64,000 nucleotides of DNA from Octopus sinensis (Eukaryota): positions 6,200,001 through 6,264,000 of the forward strand of contig NC_043000.1 in assembly GCF_006345805.1 (NCBI RefSeq), in the 5' to 3' direction. The notes under the pieces are model-generated. The model was not told the origin of the DNA. It ran no database searches and saw only the letters and a list, made by a program, of their open reading frames with translations. The translations under genes were made by a program, and so were the position numbers. Of the stretch, positions 48,402 through 61,242 are shown in pieces (positions within the stretch are counted from its first letter, which is position 1; every line of letters starts with the position of its first letter).

Positions 48402-50074
48402 TGATAAAAATATTCAGTTATGCAACAGTTGAGATGATTACTAACATATAATGTGTCTTGAGACAAATTCCTCTAAAATTATTGTATCGTGTGCTGGTAA
48501 AATATTGTATTTATCCATAAAGATACAGCTGTTTGATTGATATTAAAAAGACAGCCCAACTGTAAAATCCACGCCAGAACACCCCTAACTACTACTACTA
48601 CTACTATTATTAATGCCAGGGTGGAAAAGTTATAATAAAACGTTAGCAGAGAGTGGGATATAGTACATCACTTTAAATAGCGCGAAGCAGACAACCAAGA
48701 AAAAATAACAATTGATTTGGAAGCAGTGTGAGAGAAGCATCAGGGAAGAAGATTCAGATAATCGATGAGCTGGTGTTGTACTCTGATCCAAAGTGAAATG
48801 AAAGGAAAAAAATAGATCACACTATCATGGGAAACACAACATTTACTAACAAGACTGAAAGGTAGCAGGTGTTTGTGAATAGTGTTTAGTAAACCAAGAT
48901 AGTAAAATGGTGAAATAAAGTAAAAGCAATAAAACACTAAGAGATAGAGAAACTGTTTATCTGTAGTGCAATGCAATTACTATATAAAGGAAATTTGAAT
49001 CAATCCATAAATGTTATGATGTGGGGTGGTTAATGAAATGTATATCATATTTTCCTCTGGTTACTGGCCACGATAACTTGCTGGTGATTGTTTAACTGTT
49101 CAGCTGGCAGATTACTTTGTCAAATCTAATGCATTATTTATTTATATTGCTTTGAATTCATTATTTTTGCAGCTTTGAGATTTTAATGATGTGATTGTTT
49201 ATTTTCAGAAATACATTGTAAGGTAGGCGTGAGAGACTGGATCCGGCTAGTTTGAATATAAAGGAGGTAGAACATTCGGTCTCAGATACAGCTGGTTTAA
49301 ATGCTAAAGGATCAAGATCTTAAGTCAACCCTGATTAACCTAACTTATATCAAAGACAATCTGGCCATGACAATCCCATTGTTTTACAAGTATACCTCGA
49401 ACAAGACTATCCAATATGTCTTATTTTCTTGTGTGTGTGTGTGTGTGTGTGTTTTAGAGTAGGGTGTGCATATGTGTGTTTTATAGTAGAGTGTGTATGA
49501 AGAAGATTTGGCTGCTATTTTTTCATAAGTCAAAGAACCACAATGAGATGCCATCATTGTCATATTCAGTAAACTGTGATCAATGCTGATGTTATTATGT
49601 TGACATGGTGACAATAACAGAAATAGATATTTGTTATTAACTTACTTTTTTTATTCATTTACTCATTAGTGCAGTGGAGATGACTCAATCAATGTACCAG
49701 GTGTTAGTAAAATAGAAAGCAAGAAACTCACTCCAAATCCCATTCAGGTGTGATGAACATAGATATTTCACCATTTTTGTGGCATATCAACATCACATAC
49801 TTGAATTGAATCAGAGGCAAGCTGAATCACCAGTCCATGACTGCATGTGAACAGTGTGAAAAAGCCATTTGCAGGTATGCCCAGATGATGCATACATAAC
49901 GATAAATTCAAGTATGAATTAGAAGTGGTACGAGTGTAGTAAAGGTTATTGAATAGACATGCTCAATGGATGTGTTTTGCTTGTTTGCCACCAGGCTGCA
50001 ATGTGGCATGGGTGCATGTTGCTATGGAAAAGTACTCAATATATAAAGTAGAGTTAATAATATTAATAATAAAA

Positions 50075-50540
50075 ATAATCCTTTCTACTATAGGCACAAG
50101 GCCTGGAAATTTAGGGGCAACGACCAGCCAATAACACTGACTTCCAGTATTCAACTGGGACTTATTTAATCGACCCAGAATGGATGAAAGGTAAAGTCAA
50201 CCTCAGCAGAATTTGAACTCAGAATATAAAGCCTGAAGAAATGTCGCTTCTACCAGCTCACTATCATGATGATGATGATGATGATTTCTTTGACTTGCCT
50301 CAATGATGTCCAATGAACAGGACTTTACAAGAATTGTTTCTCGTTTAGGTATAAAGCCAGCACTTATTAGGGAAAGGTTTGTTAGTCAATCTCACAGTAT
50401 TTGACTGGTACTTTATTTTATTGATCCTTAAAGGATGAAAGAAAAGTCGAACTCAGTGGTGTAGTGAAAGGGGGATTTGAACTTAGAATGCAGCAAGCTG
50501 GAATGAGTATAACAGAACATTCTCCTTGATACCAATACTT
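50075..50540 (-). mobile_element. Two SINE family B copies
   Basis: GGATGAAAG..GTC..GAATTTGAACT cores. Confidence 0.7.
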
Positions 50541-50833
50541 CAGCCAGTCAACCACCATATTTGTTTATGGAGTAAATTGGAATTACATATTTGTGATCAT
50601 TCACTTTCAAGAGCTTTCAATTAACCTTATACTCTGGAAAAAATACCATCTTCCAGATTGATAAATCATCAGTCAATGAATCATATGTGATATTGTTTAG
50701 TCTCAGGAATTTTCAAGTTCTCTGAAGAGTTTTTTATTTTGTCAATAAGGTCTCCTAGCTTTTCTGTCATCACAGTTACTTTGCTACTCCCAGCACAGCA
50801 AAACCAATTCTGAGAAACAAGTACCAACCTTAA

Positions 50834-51053
50834 CCCTTTCATTACTGTATTTATTTTGAGATGCTCTGTGTTTCTTTCAGTTATTTTAAGTATAACAAAG
50901 AATTTAGTAAAATAACTTAGTTATCATTAAGCTAGTGTTAGGAACATAAATTGTGACTAAGGTTTGGTGGAAGGTTTTAATTCAAAACTTATGAAAACAA
51001 AACATTTGTACTCAGAGCCAGAGTTGGTTTCAGCCGGGTTGGTAATGAAAGGG
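50834..51053. mobile_element. piggyBac-type MITE (second family)
   Basis: TTAA at 50830-50833 and 51054-51057. Perfect 12-bp TIRs CCCTTTCATTAC and GTAATGAAAGGG. Confidence 0.9.
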
Positions 51054-52199
51054 TTAATATTTGACTGACACTCTTTAGCAATGTCAACTTCTTACATTAT
51101 TGACCTCAAAAAAGGAGGAAAGATAATACTGACCTCAGCAGGTCTGGTGAATCAAGTTAAGCCTTGACCCACCAGACTTATGACCAGAGGTATTTCAGTT
51201 ATAACTGTCTCATCTTTTATTTACTGATAGCGTATCTATGCTGACACTATCTAATATACCCAGCCTTTATTTTGTAAATGAGGGAGGTTTAGCTGCTAAT
51301 CCTAGCAGGATGAGTGACAGAATAGAAGCTCTTTCTTTGAGAGTTTGTTAATGAAATAGATACTGCTTTTTATAAACATGAAGTGAAATGTTACTTAAGT
51401 GCCTAGCAATACACTAGACATGTAATAGTATTTAACAGCAGACCTTATTGTGTGATAATTATTTCAGCTGTCAGCCCCTTATAATGAATATGTATACAAA
51501 TTTAACAGGATTTGACCTTAGAATCGTTGTCATCGTCATCAGCAGCAGTAGCAACTGCCAACTCTTGAAGTGTGGGTGGCTTTTCCAAGCTCCCTGAAGA
51601 TTTTTTATTTTGTTAGTAGAGTCCCCCATTCTTTCTGACATCATAGACACTTTAATTCTTCAAATCTCTAATTTTTTTCATTCTTTATTTCATCCTACAA
51701 TCCTATGATAATTTCCTTTTGTTGTGAAGACCCTTTTATTAATTTTTCCTTTCTCTCTTTTCTTCCCCTTGTATCAGTTTAGCAGATAACATATTTTCTT
51801 TTTGTTGTTGTTGTTTGTTCTTTCTCGAGCCACGCCTGGCTCATAAGGGCCAGTTTCCCAGTTTCATTGGCATATAGGTTCCCCACCTGGATGGGATGCT
51901 GGTCCATAACAATTTTCTTTTTAATACCAGGCAAATTAGGGCAGCAAGTTGGCAGACCAGTGTCCCATCCAGGTGCAGAATATATGCCATGAAACCAGGA
52001 AACCAGCCCTTCTGAGTCAGCATGACTTGAGAAGGTAACTTTTAACTTTACTTTTTTAACCCATCTCAACAATCCTTTCTTCCTTTTCCTGTTCTCGTCT
52101 ATAGCAAAGCACTTGTTCCATCCCCTCTATCATATTTTAGCATCTCCACACCTGGCACAAAGATACCTCTCCCAATACTGCACCTCCACTATATCAAGG

Positions 52200-52480
52200 G
52201 GTCTTGTCTTACAATTTAGTTGCCGGTGCCATAAAAAGAAGCACCCAGTGGACTCTGTAAAGTAGTTGGTATTAGGAAGGGCCTCTAGCAGTCATAAAAA
52301 CCAAACCAAAGCAAATAATGGAGTCCAAAGCATCCTCAGGCTTGTCAGCTTCAATCGAACCATCCCACCCATGCCAGCATAGAAAGCAGACATTAAATGA
52401 TGATGCCTGTGATGATAATGATGATGCTTATGATGATGAGGAGGCTTACGATGATGACAATGATGATGATAATGGTGATG
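52200..52480 (+). mobile_element. Old RTE-type 3'UTR fragment with a decayed (GAT)n tail
   Basis: GGTGCCATAAAAAGAAGCACCC..TTAGGAAGGGC..CCCATGCCAGCAT. Similar old copies lie at about 56690-56880 and 59745-59900. Confidence 0.65.
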
Positions 52481-53683
52481 ATTGTTCACCTTTTCTTTAT
52501 GATAACTTAGGAGGCAGGGAAGCACCCATAACTCTTTTCAAAGCCTCCAAGGTGGATGGGAGGAAGTTACCCTCAGGCTGAACGCCTAGCCTGATAGCAG
52601 ACACTATGAAAGGCACTAATAAAAAAACAGGTAGTCATTTATATTTGATGATGTATTAAATGAATACAAACATTTAAAATCAAAATATGTCTCTGTCTCC
52701 TAGTTCACAAATGTTTAAATAAACTATATTCAGTAACCTTTCTTCTCAGAGCAATAACCCCTGCAGTGGCTAAGTCAGTTGCATACAACAGCCAAGTCAC
52801 TCACATTACTTGACTTGTGCTAGAGATTTGAGATTTGTGATGAAGAATTCTACTGCTTTATTGCTAGTGGTGTAAAGAAAAAAAAATGAACAATACTAAA
52901 TTGTAAGCTTTTACTTATAGTGTAACACACAAGTAAATCTCAAGTATATATGTGCATTTGATGACTACTAGATAATTGTCATGTGCAGCCAGCTGTTGCA
53001 GCTGTGTGCATACGTGTGTGTGTGTGCGTGTACTCACACATACTAAGTTACAGGGAATAAACATGGACTCCACTTTTCAAAAGATGTTAATGTAGACAGA
53101 CACATACAAACACACACACACATGCATACACAGACACGCATACACACACATGTGCACACACATGCAAGCACACACACATGCGCACACACAGCACACACAC
53201 ACACGAATGAATATGACAAGTGTCATGGATGAGTGAACAAACTTTCAATGAACCAAATCCATATTCTATTTCTCGCTTATTGTTTAACCACAGGTCAGCC
53301 TAGACAAGCAGAACTATGACCAAAGTCATTCTTGAAGTGACCATCTCACCTTTTCAGACATGGTTTACCACAAACTACATTATGAACTATAACTTACATT
53401 GAAAAAAAAAATAATTATGACAGAGAGTGTAATTCAAGAGAGATTTGACTGCTATGACTAGCAAGTGAAGTGATCATGTCAAGTTTCTTTATTGACATGC
53501 TTACAATCTAGTTTCATGACCTGGTAAAAGGGTTTTAATTCACTCGTTAATGCTTTCATCTCATAAAATGCACAAATGTCAATACTGACTTAATATTTCT
53601 TCTGTTTATCGAACAAAAAGTAACAAAAAAAAACCAAAAAAAAAGCCACCAGTTGCTTGTTTATTCTTGTTTTAATATTTCAT

Positions 53684-54212
53684 AGGCATGGCTGTGTGGT
53701 TAAGGAGTTGGGTTTGCAGTCATATGGGCTCGTGTTCAATCCCACTGTGGTATCTCAAGTAAATATTGTCTACTTTATTTAGCTTGAGCTTCAGGCCAAA
53801 TAAAGCCTTGCGAGTGATATTGATACTCTTTTACTTGTTTCAGTCATTTGAATGTGGCCATGCTGGAGCACCGCCTTTTAGTCGAGCAAATCGACCCCAG
53901 GAATTATTCTTTGTAGGCCTAATACTTATTCTGTCGGCCTCTTTTGCCGAACCGCTAAGTTATGGGGATGTTAACGATGTCAGACGATGTTGGGGGGGGG
54001 GGACAAACACAAACACACACACACATGCATATATATATATATATACATATATACGATGGGCTTCTTTCAGTTTCCATCTACCAAATCCACACACAAGGCT
54101 TTGGTTAGCCTGAGGCTATAGTAGAAGACACTTGCCCAAGGTGCCACACAGTGGGACTGAACCCAGAACCATGTGGTTGGTAAGCAAGCTACTTACCACA
54201 CAGTCTCTCCTA
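53684..54212. mobile_element. SINE A head (+, 53684-53815) abutting a full SINE A (-, 53825-54212)
   Basis: Family A consensus. Confidence 0.85.
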
Positions 54213-54814
54213 CTGTGTGTGTGTGTGTGTGTGTGCATATGTATGTACATGCATGTGTGCATATCACTAGCGTAGCTAGAGTGTGTGCTGACCAGGGTAG
54301 CCGTTCCGTTTGCCATCCCCAGACCCCACAAGAAACACATATTGCCTACGGCAGACCCAAAAACTGTGCATTTCCAGTAGTTCATTTCTTTTTTTTTTTT
54401 TATAAAAATCAGGAATTATCACATACCATACTATTTCAATGCAATCTATTCTGGCTTATAGCCTACAACAGGATGAAAAGTGCCACCCAGGGTGGACTGC
54501 CCATGCCACCACCACCCCAGTTACACTAGTGGTGTGTATCCAAGCATGCATGAGTGTGCCTTTAATGTTAATGTCTTTAAAAAGTGGAGTTAGAGTTTAT
54601 GCACCTTCACAGTGGAATGTAAACATTCATGAAGACATGTGTATGCATGCATACACACAAACACACACATATATTTACGATAGGTTTTATACCAACCACA
54701 TTCACTCACAAGTAATAGCTTGACCCAGGGCTACAGTAGAAGATGCTTGCTGCATAATGGGAAAAATATTACTATCATACACACACACACACATCAGATA
54801 CTCACTCACACACA

Positions 54815-55075
54815 ATGACCATTGTTACATTTTCCTGCCTTCAAAAACTACATTCTCTATTTCTCACAAACTTCTGGTCATTTACTTTTTGGCCATGTAA
54901 TAACACGAGCTTTTCTCCAGATTATCTGCTCCTTCCTCCTTTTCCACTTCTCTGGACTTTTTCCTCTATCCGATGAAGAGTCAAGCTTCAAAACTTTTGT
55001 TAATCTAAAATATTCACCATGTACATCCAATTGACTTTTGTAGCTTTTTTCCTGTTATTCTTTTTGTTCATGAAT
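54815..55075 (+). mobile_element. Possible Penelope-like terminal-repeat remnant
   Basis: A pyrimidine-rich run, then CCGATGAAGAG..CTTCAAAAC (degenerate CTGATGA..GAAAC), then a T-rich tail. Confidence 0.35.
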
Positions 55076-55375
55076 TTGCCTGTGTGTGTGTGTGTGTGTG
55101 TGTGCGAATACGTGCTCTTTTTTTTCTCTTTACAAATAATTGCTGCATGATGGAACAAAGGCTTCCACCATACAGCAATTAGCATTCATTTAAGAAGCAT
55201 TCACGGTAGACAAATCTAAACAGACATGCTTATTAAATATTAAACTTTTCACTTTGTCAACATCAGGTTGAATCAGAAATCGGTTTACAAGGTTAAGCTC
55301 CAATCCTGCATCATGTGCAGCTTGACATTCTTTGATTCTCTCAATATTTCCAGCCAATGGACTGTGCCATATCTA

Positions 55376-55776
55376 TCTTTTACTTCTTGTTTCAGTCGTT
55401 AGACTGTGGCCATGATGGGGCACTGTCTTGAAGAATTTTAGTTGCATGCAACAACCCCAGTACTTAATTTTGGTTTTTGCTAAACCAGGTACTTATTCAG
55501 TCAGTCTTTTTTGCCAAACTGCTCAGTTATGGGGACATAAACAGCACCAACATCAGTTGTCAAGTGGTGGCAGGGGACAAAGACATGCACACACTCATGC
55601 ACACACACCTATATACAATAGGCTTCTTTCAGTTTCCATCTACCAAATCCACTCACAAGGCTTTGGCTGGCTATAGTAGGTTGTAGTAGAAGACACTTGC
55701 CCAGAGTGCCACACAGTGGGACTGAACCCAGAACCATGTGATTAAGAAACAAGCTTTTTACTACACTGCCACACCT
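55376..55776 (-). mobile_element. SINE family A
   Basis: Family A consensus. Confidence 0.85.
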
Positions 55777-55948
55777 GTTTGGATTATATCAGCAACATGG
55801 AGAGAGGTGTCTTACATACCTGGGCAACTGGTAGACTTTCCCCCACAAAAAAATCTAATCCAGGCTTGTCTCTTAGAGAGGAACTTTCCAGCTGGTGCAG
55901 ACACATGGTGCTGAATGCAGAACAAAGGTGTCTTACAATATATTAGAC

Positions 55949-56180
55949 CAGTACTTCTCAACCATTTTGTACCTATGGACCCCTTTGATTCCTGTTTTAC
56001 TTGGGTGGGCCCTCACAGACATTCAGTGTTTAAGAAATCCAATTATATTTTTATAATTAAATATTATTAGAAACTGTACATTATTAAGATATTTGGTGCA
56101 TTGTAGAAGTACAACCAATTTATTGCACATTTTATGTTTTATGATCACAGGGCCATATGGATCCTGGTTGAGAACCGCTA
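55949..56180. mobile_element. hAT MITE (family of 35269)
   Basis: TIRs CAGTACTTCTCAACC and GGTTGAGAACCGCTA, with shared internal sequence. Confidence 0.8.
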
Positions 56181-56405
56181 GTCTAAGGCTATGTTTGGAT
56201 ATCACCTAAGTTTGCTTACAGTGACCCAAGTATTTATTTTATCAACTTTGGAAGGATGAAATTTGAAATCAGAATGTAAAAGTTCAGAATCAAATACCAC
56301 AAAATATTTTGTTCCAATGGTTTATTGATTCTCTTCTTCCAACAGAATTTAAGCCATTTGCTGGAACCATATCACCAACTACACTATAAAGTATCAATAC
56401 ATTCT

Positions 56406-56440
<35 letters not shown>

Positions 56441-56889
56441 CAGTGTTTATAGCTGTTCCATCAGTAGAACATACAATCAATTGCTGTAAGGTTATGGTTT
56501 CAAATCACAACCCACCCTCACTGTACATATGGATTCAGAAGCACTAGGTGGTGGTTATACCTACCAAATAGTTTAGTATGATCTGAAACAGGACCTGGAC
56601 TTCTTAACATCTAGCATAATGCCACACCCACTTCTACTATAGTCCCACTAAGTCATGGGAGCTTTTTAATTTGTGAGTGACATGGCTGCCTCACAGGTGC
56701 TGGTGCCATGAAAAATTAACGCAGTATGTTTTGTAAAATATTTGCTATTAGGAAGGGTATTCAACCATAGAAGCCATACCAAAGAGCAGAATTAAAGTTG
56801 AATGCAGGCCTCTGACTCATAAAATCCTGTTGAGCCACCCAATTCATGCCAGCATGGATGTTAAATAATGATAATAAGGATAAGGATGA

Positions 56890-57105
56890 AGGCAGCAAGC
56901 TGGTAGAATTGTTAGCATGCTGGGCAAAATGCTTAGCAGCATTTCATCCATTTGCATGTTCTGAGAACAAATTCTGCCGAGGTCAATTTTGCCTTTCACC
57001 CTTTTGGAGTTGATAAAATAAATACCAGTTGAACACTGGGGTCAATGTAACTAACTTAGCACCTTCCCTGAAACTGCTGGCCTTGTGCCAGAATTTGAAA
57101 CCACT
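56890..57105 (+). mobile_element. SINE family B
   Basis: Full consensus inserted in a (GAT/AAT)-rich tail. Confidence 0.85.
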
Positions 57106-58139
57106 AATGATAAGGATGACATCTTCCAGTGAGAAGGGATTTTTATTAATGCTAATGGATTTTCTTCTCCTTATTTGAAACAATTAAAAATTATTTTCAG
57201 TTAAACAAACTGAATATGGGAGCTTGCACTTAAAACACTATCCTGGCCCTAACATAATTCCAGCCAACCAGAGAAATGTCTTTTGGTACTCTTTTCCTTT
57301 CATGTTTCTGACAACAACTTTCAATGTAACCTTGTTATATGAACCATTACCATTTATATAACATTAAAAATTACTTTGCGGAAATTTTAAAAATTTCTAT
57401 TAGATAAACTTTTAGCAGATAATTTGATCTAAGTAAAAGAATAAATTTACATTAAGAAAGTTTCATGTTTTACTATTCTCAACACCAAACTTCTTAACAC
57501 TTTCCCAGTTAAATTGATACTAAGCTGAAACCTGAAACAACTAGCGAACGTGACTGCAAGTCAAAATGTAGTACCTATTCCACCTACCCACTTACATTTT
57601 AAGACAACCTTCAAGCGCAGCTCTGCTTTTTACCATTTTATTTCTCTTCATTTCCCATAATTCTATATTATTCATTTACTGATATTTTCTTCAATATTCA
57701 GGAATATTACAATTAAAATGGCAACTTACGACACAACATAAAATGCATAGAATTCTCCAGAGAATTCTAGAACATGTTTTTATGTATCTATTTTTAATTG
57801 ACTTTATAATGTGACTTGATGAACTTGGCATTGTTTATGATTTCCTCTCATGCTTTGCAGTCATTTGCAATGCCAGATGTGGTCATCAATCTCAGGAAAA
57901 AAAAAAAATTGGAATAAAAAAGCAACATAATTGTTTTAATGTTTCTAACATTTGAGAATGCTTCATTTTCTCCACTGAATAATAATTAAAAACAAATGCT
58001 TTTAGTTTTCCTTTTATTTTTTTAATTTCATTTATTTATTTGTGTTTTTTTTCTCATATACATTAAAACCTGTGTATTAATAACTAAGTTTCTTAATATC
58101 TTTATTATATTTCAATACTTTAAACCAGAAAATATATCT

Positions 58140-59647
58140 CTTTTACTTTTTTCAGGCATGTTGACAGTGGCCATGCTGGAGTATCACCTTTTTAGTCAAA
58201 GCAATCGACCCCTGGACTTATTCTTTGTAAGCCTGGTTCTAATTCTATCAGTCTCTTTTGCCAAACTGCTGAGTTATGGGGACGTAAACACACCAACGTT
58301 GGTTGTCAAGTGATGGTAAAGGGACAAACACAAATATATACTATATATATATATATATATATATATCATCATCATCATTTAGCATCCATTTTCCATGCTA
58401 GCATGGGTTGGACGGTTCAACTGGGGTCTGGGAAGCTGGAAGGCTTCATCAGGCCCAGTCAGTTTCTACGGCTGGATGCCTTTCCTAACGCCAACCACTC
58501 CGTGAGTGTAGTGGGTGCTTTTTACGTGCCACCTGCACAGATGCCAGACAGAGCTGGCAAACGGCCACGAACGGATGGTGCTTTTACGTGCCACCGGCAC
58601 GAGGGCCAGGCCAGGCTGGCAACGGACACGAGCGGATGGTGCTTTTACGTGCCACCGGCACGGGGGCCAGGCGAGGCTGGCAGCGGACACGAACTGATGG
58701 TGCTTTTACGTGCCACCGGCACGGAGGCCAGACGGGGCGGTGCCGACAATGACCATGATCGGATGGTTCGCTTAACCACAGCTGCAATTTCCACTGATGT
58801 TGATCGACCTCAATTTTGGTTCTGCTTTCTGATATCTGATTTGATTTGGTTTGATTTTTATTTTGATTTTGACTGTTCTCACTGGTCTTGCCGGGTCTTC
58901 TCATGCACAGCATACTTCCATAGGTCTCGGTCTCTAGTCATTTCCTTGGTGAGACCTAAAGTCTGAAGGTCGTGCTTCACCACCTCGTCCCAGGTTTTCC
59001 TGGGTCTACCTCTTCCACAGGTTCTCTCAACTGCTAGGGTGTGGCACTTTTGCACACAACTATCTTCACCCATTCTCATCACATGCCCATACCAGCGCAG
59101 ACATCTCTCTTGCACACCACAACTGATGCTTCTTAGGTCCAACTTTTCTCTCAAGGTACTTACACTCTGTCGATTATGAACACTGACATTACACATCCAT
59201 CGGAGCATACTGGCTTCATTTCTTGCAAGCTTACGCATATCCTCAGCAGTCACAGACCATGTTTCACTACCATGTAGCATGGCTGTACGTACACATGCAT
59301 CATACAGTCTGCCTTTTACTTTGAGCGAGAGGCCTTTTGTCACCAGCAGGGGTAAGAGCTCTCTAAACTTTGCCCAGGCTATTCTTACTCTAGCAGTTAC
59401 ACTTTCAGCACACCCACCCCCGCTACTGACTTGGTCATCTAGGTAGCGGAAGCTATCAACTACTTCTAGTTTTTCTCCCTGGGACTGGTTTCTTTCACCT
59501 TCCAACTACCAAATCCACTCACAAGGCTTTGGTCAGCTGGAGGCCATAGTAGAAGACTTGCCTAAGCTGCCACGCAGTAGAACTGAACTCAAAACCATGT
59601 GGTTGGGAACCAAGTTTCTTACCACACAGCCACACAGCCACACCTGC
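58140..59647 (-). mobile_element. SINE A split by an RTE LINE insertion (halves at 58140-58365 and 59487-59647)
   Basis: The family A 3' half and 5' half flank the LINE at the central (TA)n. Confidence 0.8.
58366..59485 (-). mobile_element. 5'-truncated RTE LINE, same family as 3855-7300
   Basis: Uninterrupted ~200-aa frame (QGEKLEVVDSFRYL..RGRPRKTWDEVVKHDL) nearly identical to 6045-6630. The 3'UTR has 4 repeat units and a (GAT)n tail. Confidence 0.95.
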
Positions 59648-59902
59648 TCAGATATGTGTTTTCTAACCCTCCACTCACTTCAACCATCAAACTAAACAGC
59701 TCTAGAGATTTTCTATTTTGAAATATTTTTTGTACACTTATATAAAGCACCCAGAACACTCTGTAAAGTGGCTGGTATTAGGAAGAGCATCGAGTCATGG
59801 AAACCATGCCAAAATAAGCAAAATGGAGCCCAGGCAGCTCTCTAGCTGACCAGCTTCTGTCAAACTATTCAACCCATGCCAGCAAGAAGAAAGGACATTT
59901 GA

Positions 59903-60018
59903 TGAAGAAGAAGAAGAAGAAGAAGAAGAAGAAGAAGAAGAAGAAGAAGAAGAAGAGAAGAAGAAGAAGAAGAAGAAGAAGAAGAAGAAGAAGAAGAAGA
60001 AGAAGAAGAAGAAGAAGA
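59903..60018. repeat. (GAA)n microsatellite
   Basis: Direct inspection; it extends from an RTE-type tail. Confidence 0.95.
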
Positions 60019-60897
60019 AAAAACTTAATACAAAAGCACAATTTTTTAAAGAAATATTTTCTATTATTGCAAACAGTTATCTATACAAATAACTATTTGG
60101 TCTGGACAAGGTTGTTTATGGAAGGGTTGAGCAGGCAGAGTCCTCAGGTACCTCCTCCATAGAATCTTATCAGAAGCAACTGTCACTAAATTTTCTGACT
60201 GGATTCCAAAGCGTGTCCAACTGAAACTATGGATATCTTCCACCCATCTGATTCTTGGTCCATCTACTCCTAGGTCTCCTTCCAGTTGGTTTGACGTGAA
60301 GAATTCATCTTTAGATTCTTTCTGTGACATTTTAATCACTGTGATTTCTTTTCCCCTGTGACATTCTCATCACTTATGCTAAATTAATTCAATGAATTCT
60401 TTACTTATATGATTTATTCAGATGTTCAATAGTTTGTCACACCTTAAACTCTTCACAACAAAGTTGTCATATCTCCCCCGCTAAGTGGATATTATATTCA
60501 TTTTAATTAACTGCAGGGGATTTCCAAGGTAATAATACAAACTACTTTTATTTATTTCATTAGCCAATCAACATTAAGAAATGCATGACAAATTTGGCCC
60601 AAATAGGATGTGAACTCAAAATAGTTAGGCACTAATTTACTGAGTTTGCCAGAGAAATTCAATCATTTGTTTTTCTATTCATTTTTATTTTTTCTTGTGT
60701 TATTTGAATTAATACAAAAAAATAGTTTCATCATTGTGTTTTATGTTTGTTTTTGTTTTTTGTAATTCTATTCTTCCTGTACAATTTTTGTTTATTATTT
60801 TTAAAATTTTGAATACATTTTACCTCTTTTCAGACATATGATGATGGAGTGCTAAGTACAAAAACAAAATGAGAAACAAACAGGTGCAGCATGGTTA

Positions 60898-61242
60898 GGC
60901 ACAGGTGTGGCAAGGAGCTTGCTTTCCAACCATATGGTTCTGGGTTCAGTCCCATTGCATGGGCAAGTGTCTTCTAGTATAGCCTCAGGTCACCCAAAGC
61001 CTTGTAGGTGGATTTGGTAGATGGAAATTGAAAGAAACCCACCATATGTGTGTGTGGTGTGTGTTTGTCCCCCCATCAGTGTTGGTGTGTTTATGTCCCT
61101 GTAACTTAGCAGTAAATGAATTGATAGAATAAGCACCAAGCTTTAAAAAAAAATAAACACTGGGGTTGATTTGTTCAACTAAAACTTCTTCAAGGCAGTG
61201 TCCCAGTATGGCCACAGTCTAATGACTGAATCAAGTAAAAGA
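60898..61242 (+). mobile_element. SINE family A
   Basis: Family A consensus. Confidence 0.85.

Noticed and set aside
57730-57748. Minus-strand mini-exon MHFMLC with GTC|GTAAGT (phase 1, would fit the 46009 acceptor)
   Set aside because: It is too short and the exonic donor context is weak, so it could easily be chance without transcript data.
60150-60340. Host exon (ORF 60064-60339)
   Set aside because: GPRIRWVEDI..DKILWR looks like a decayed RTE C-terminus, and no splice sites were identified.
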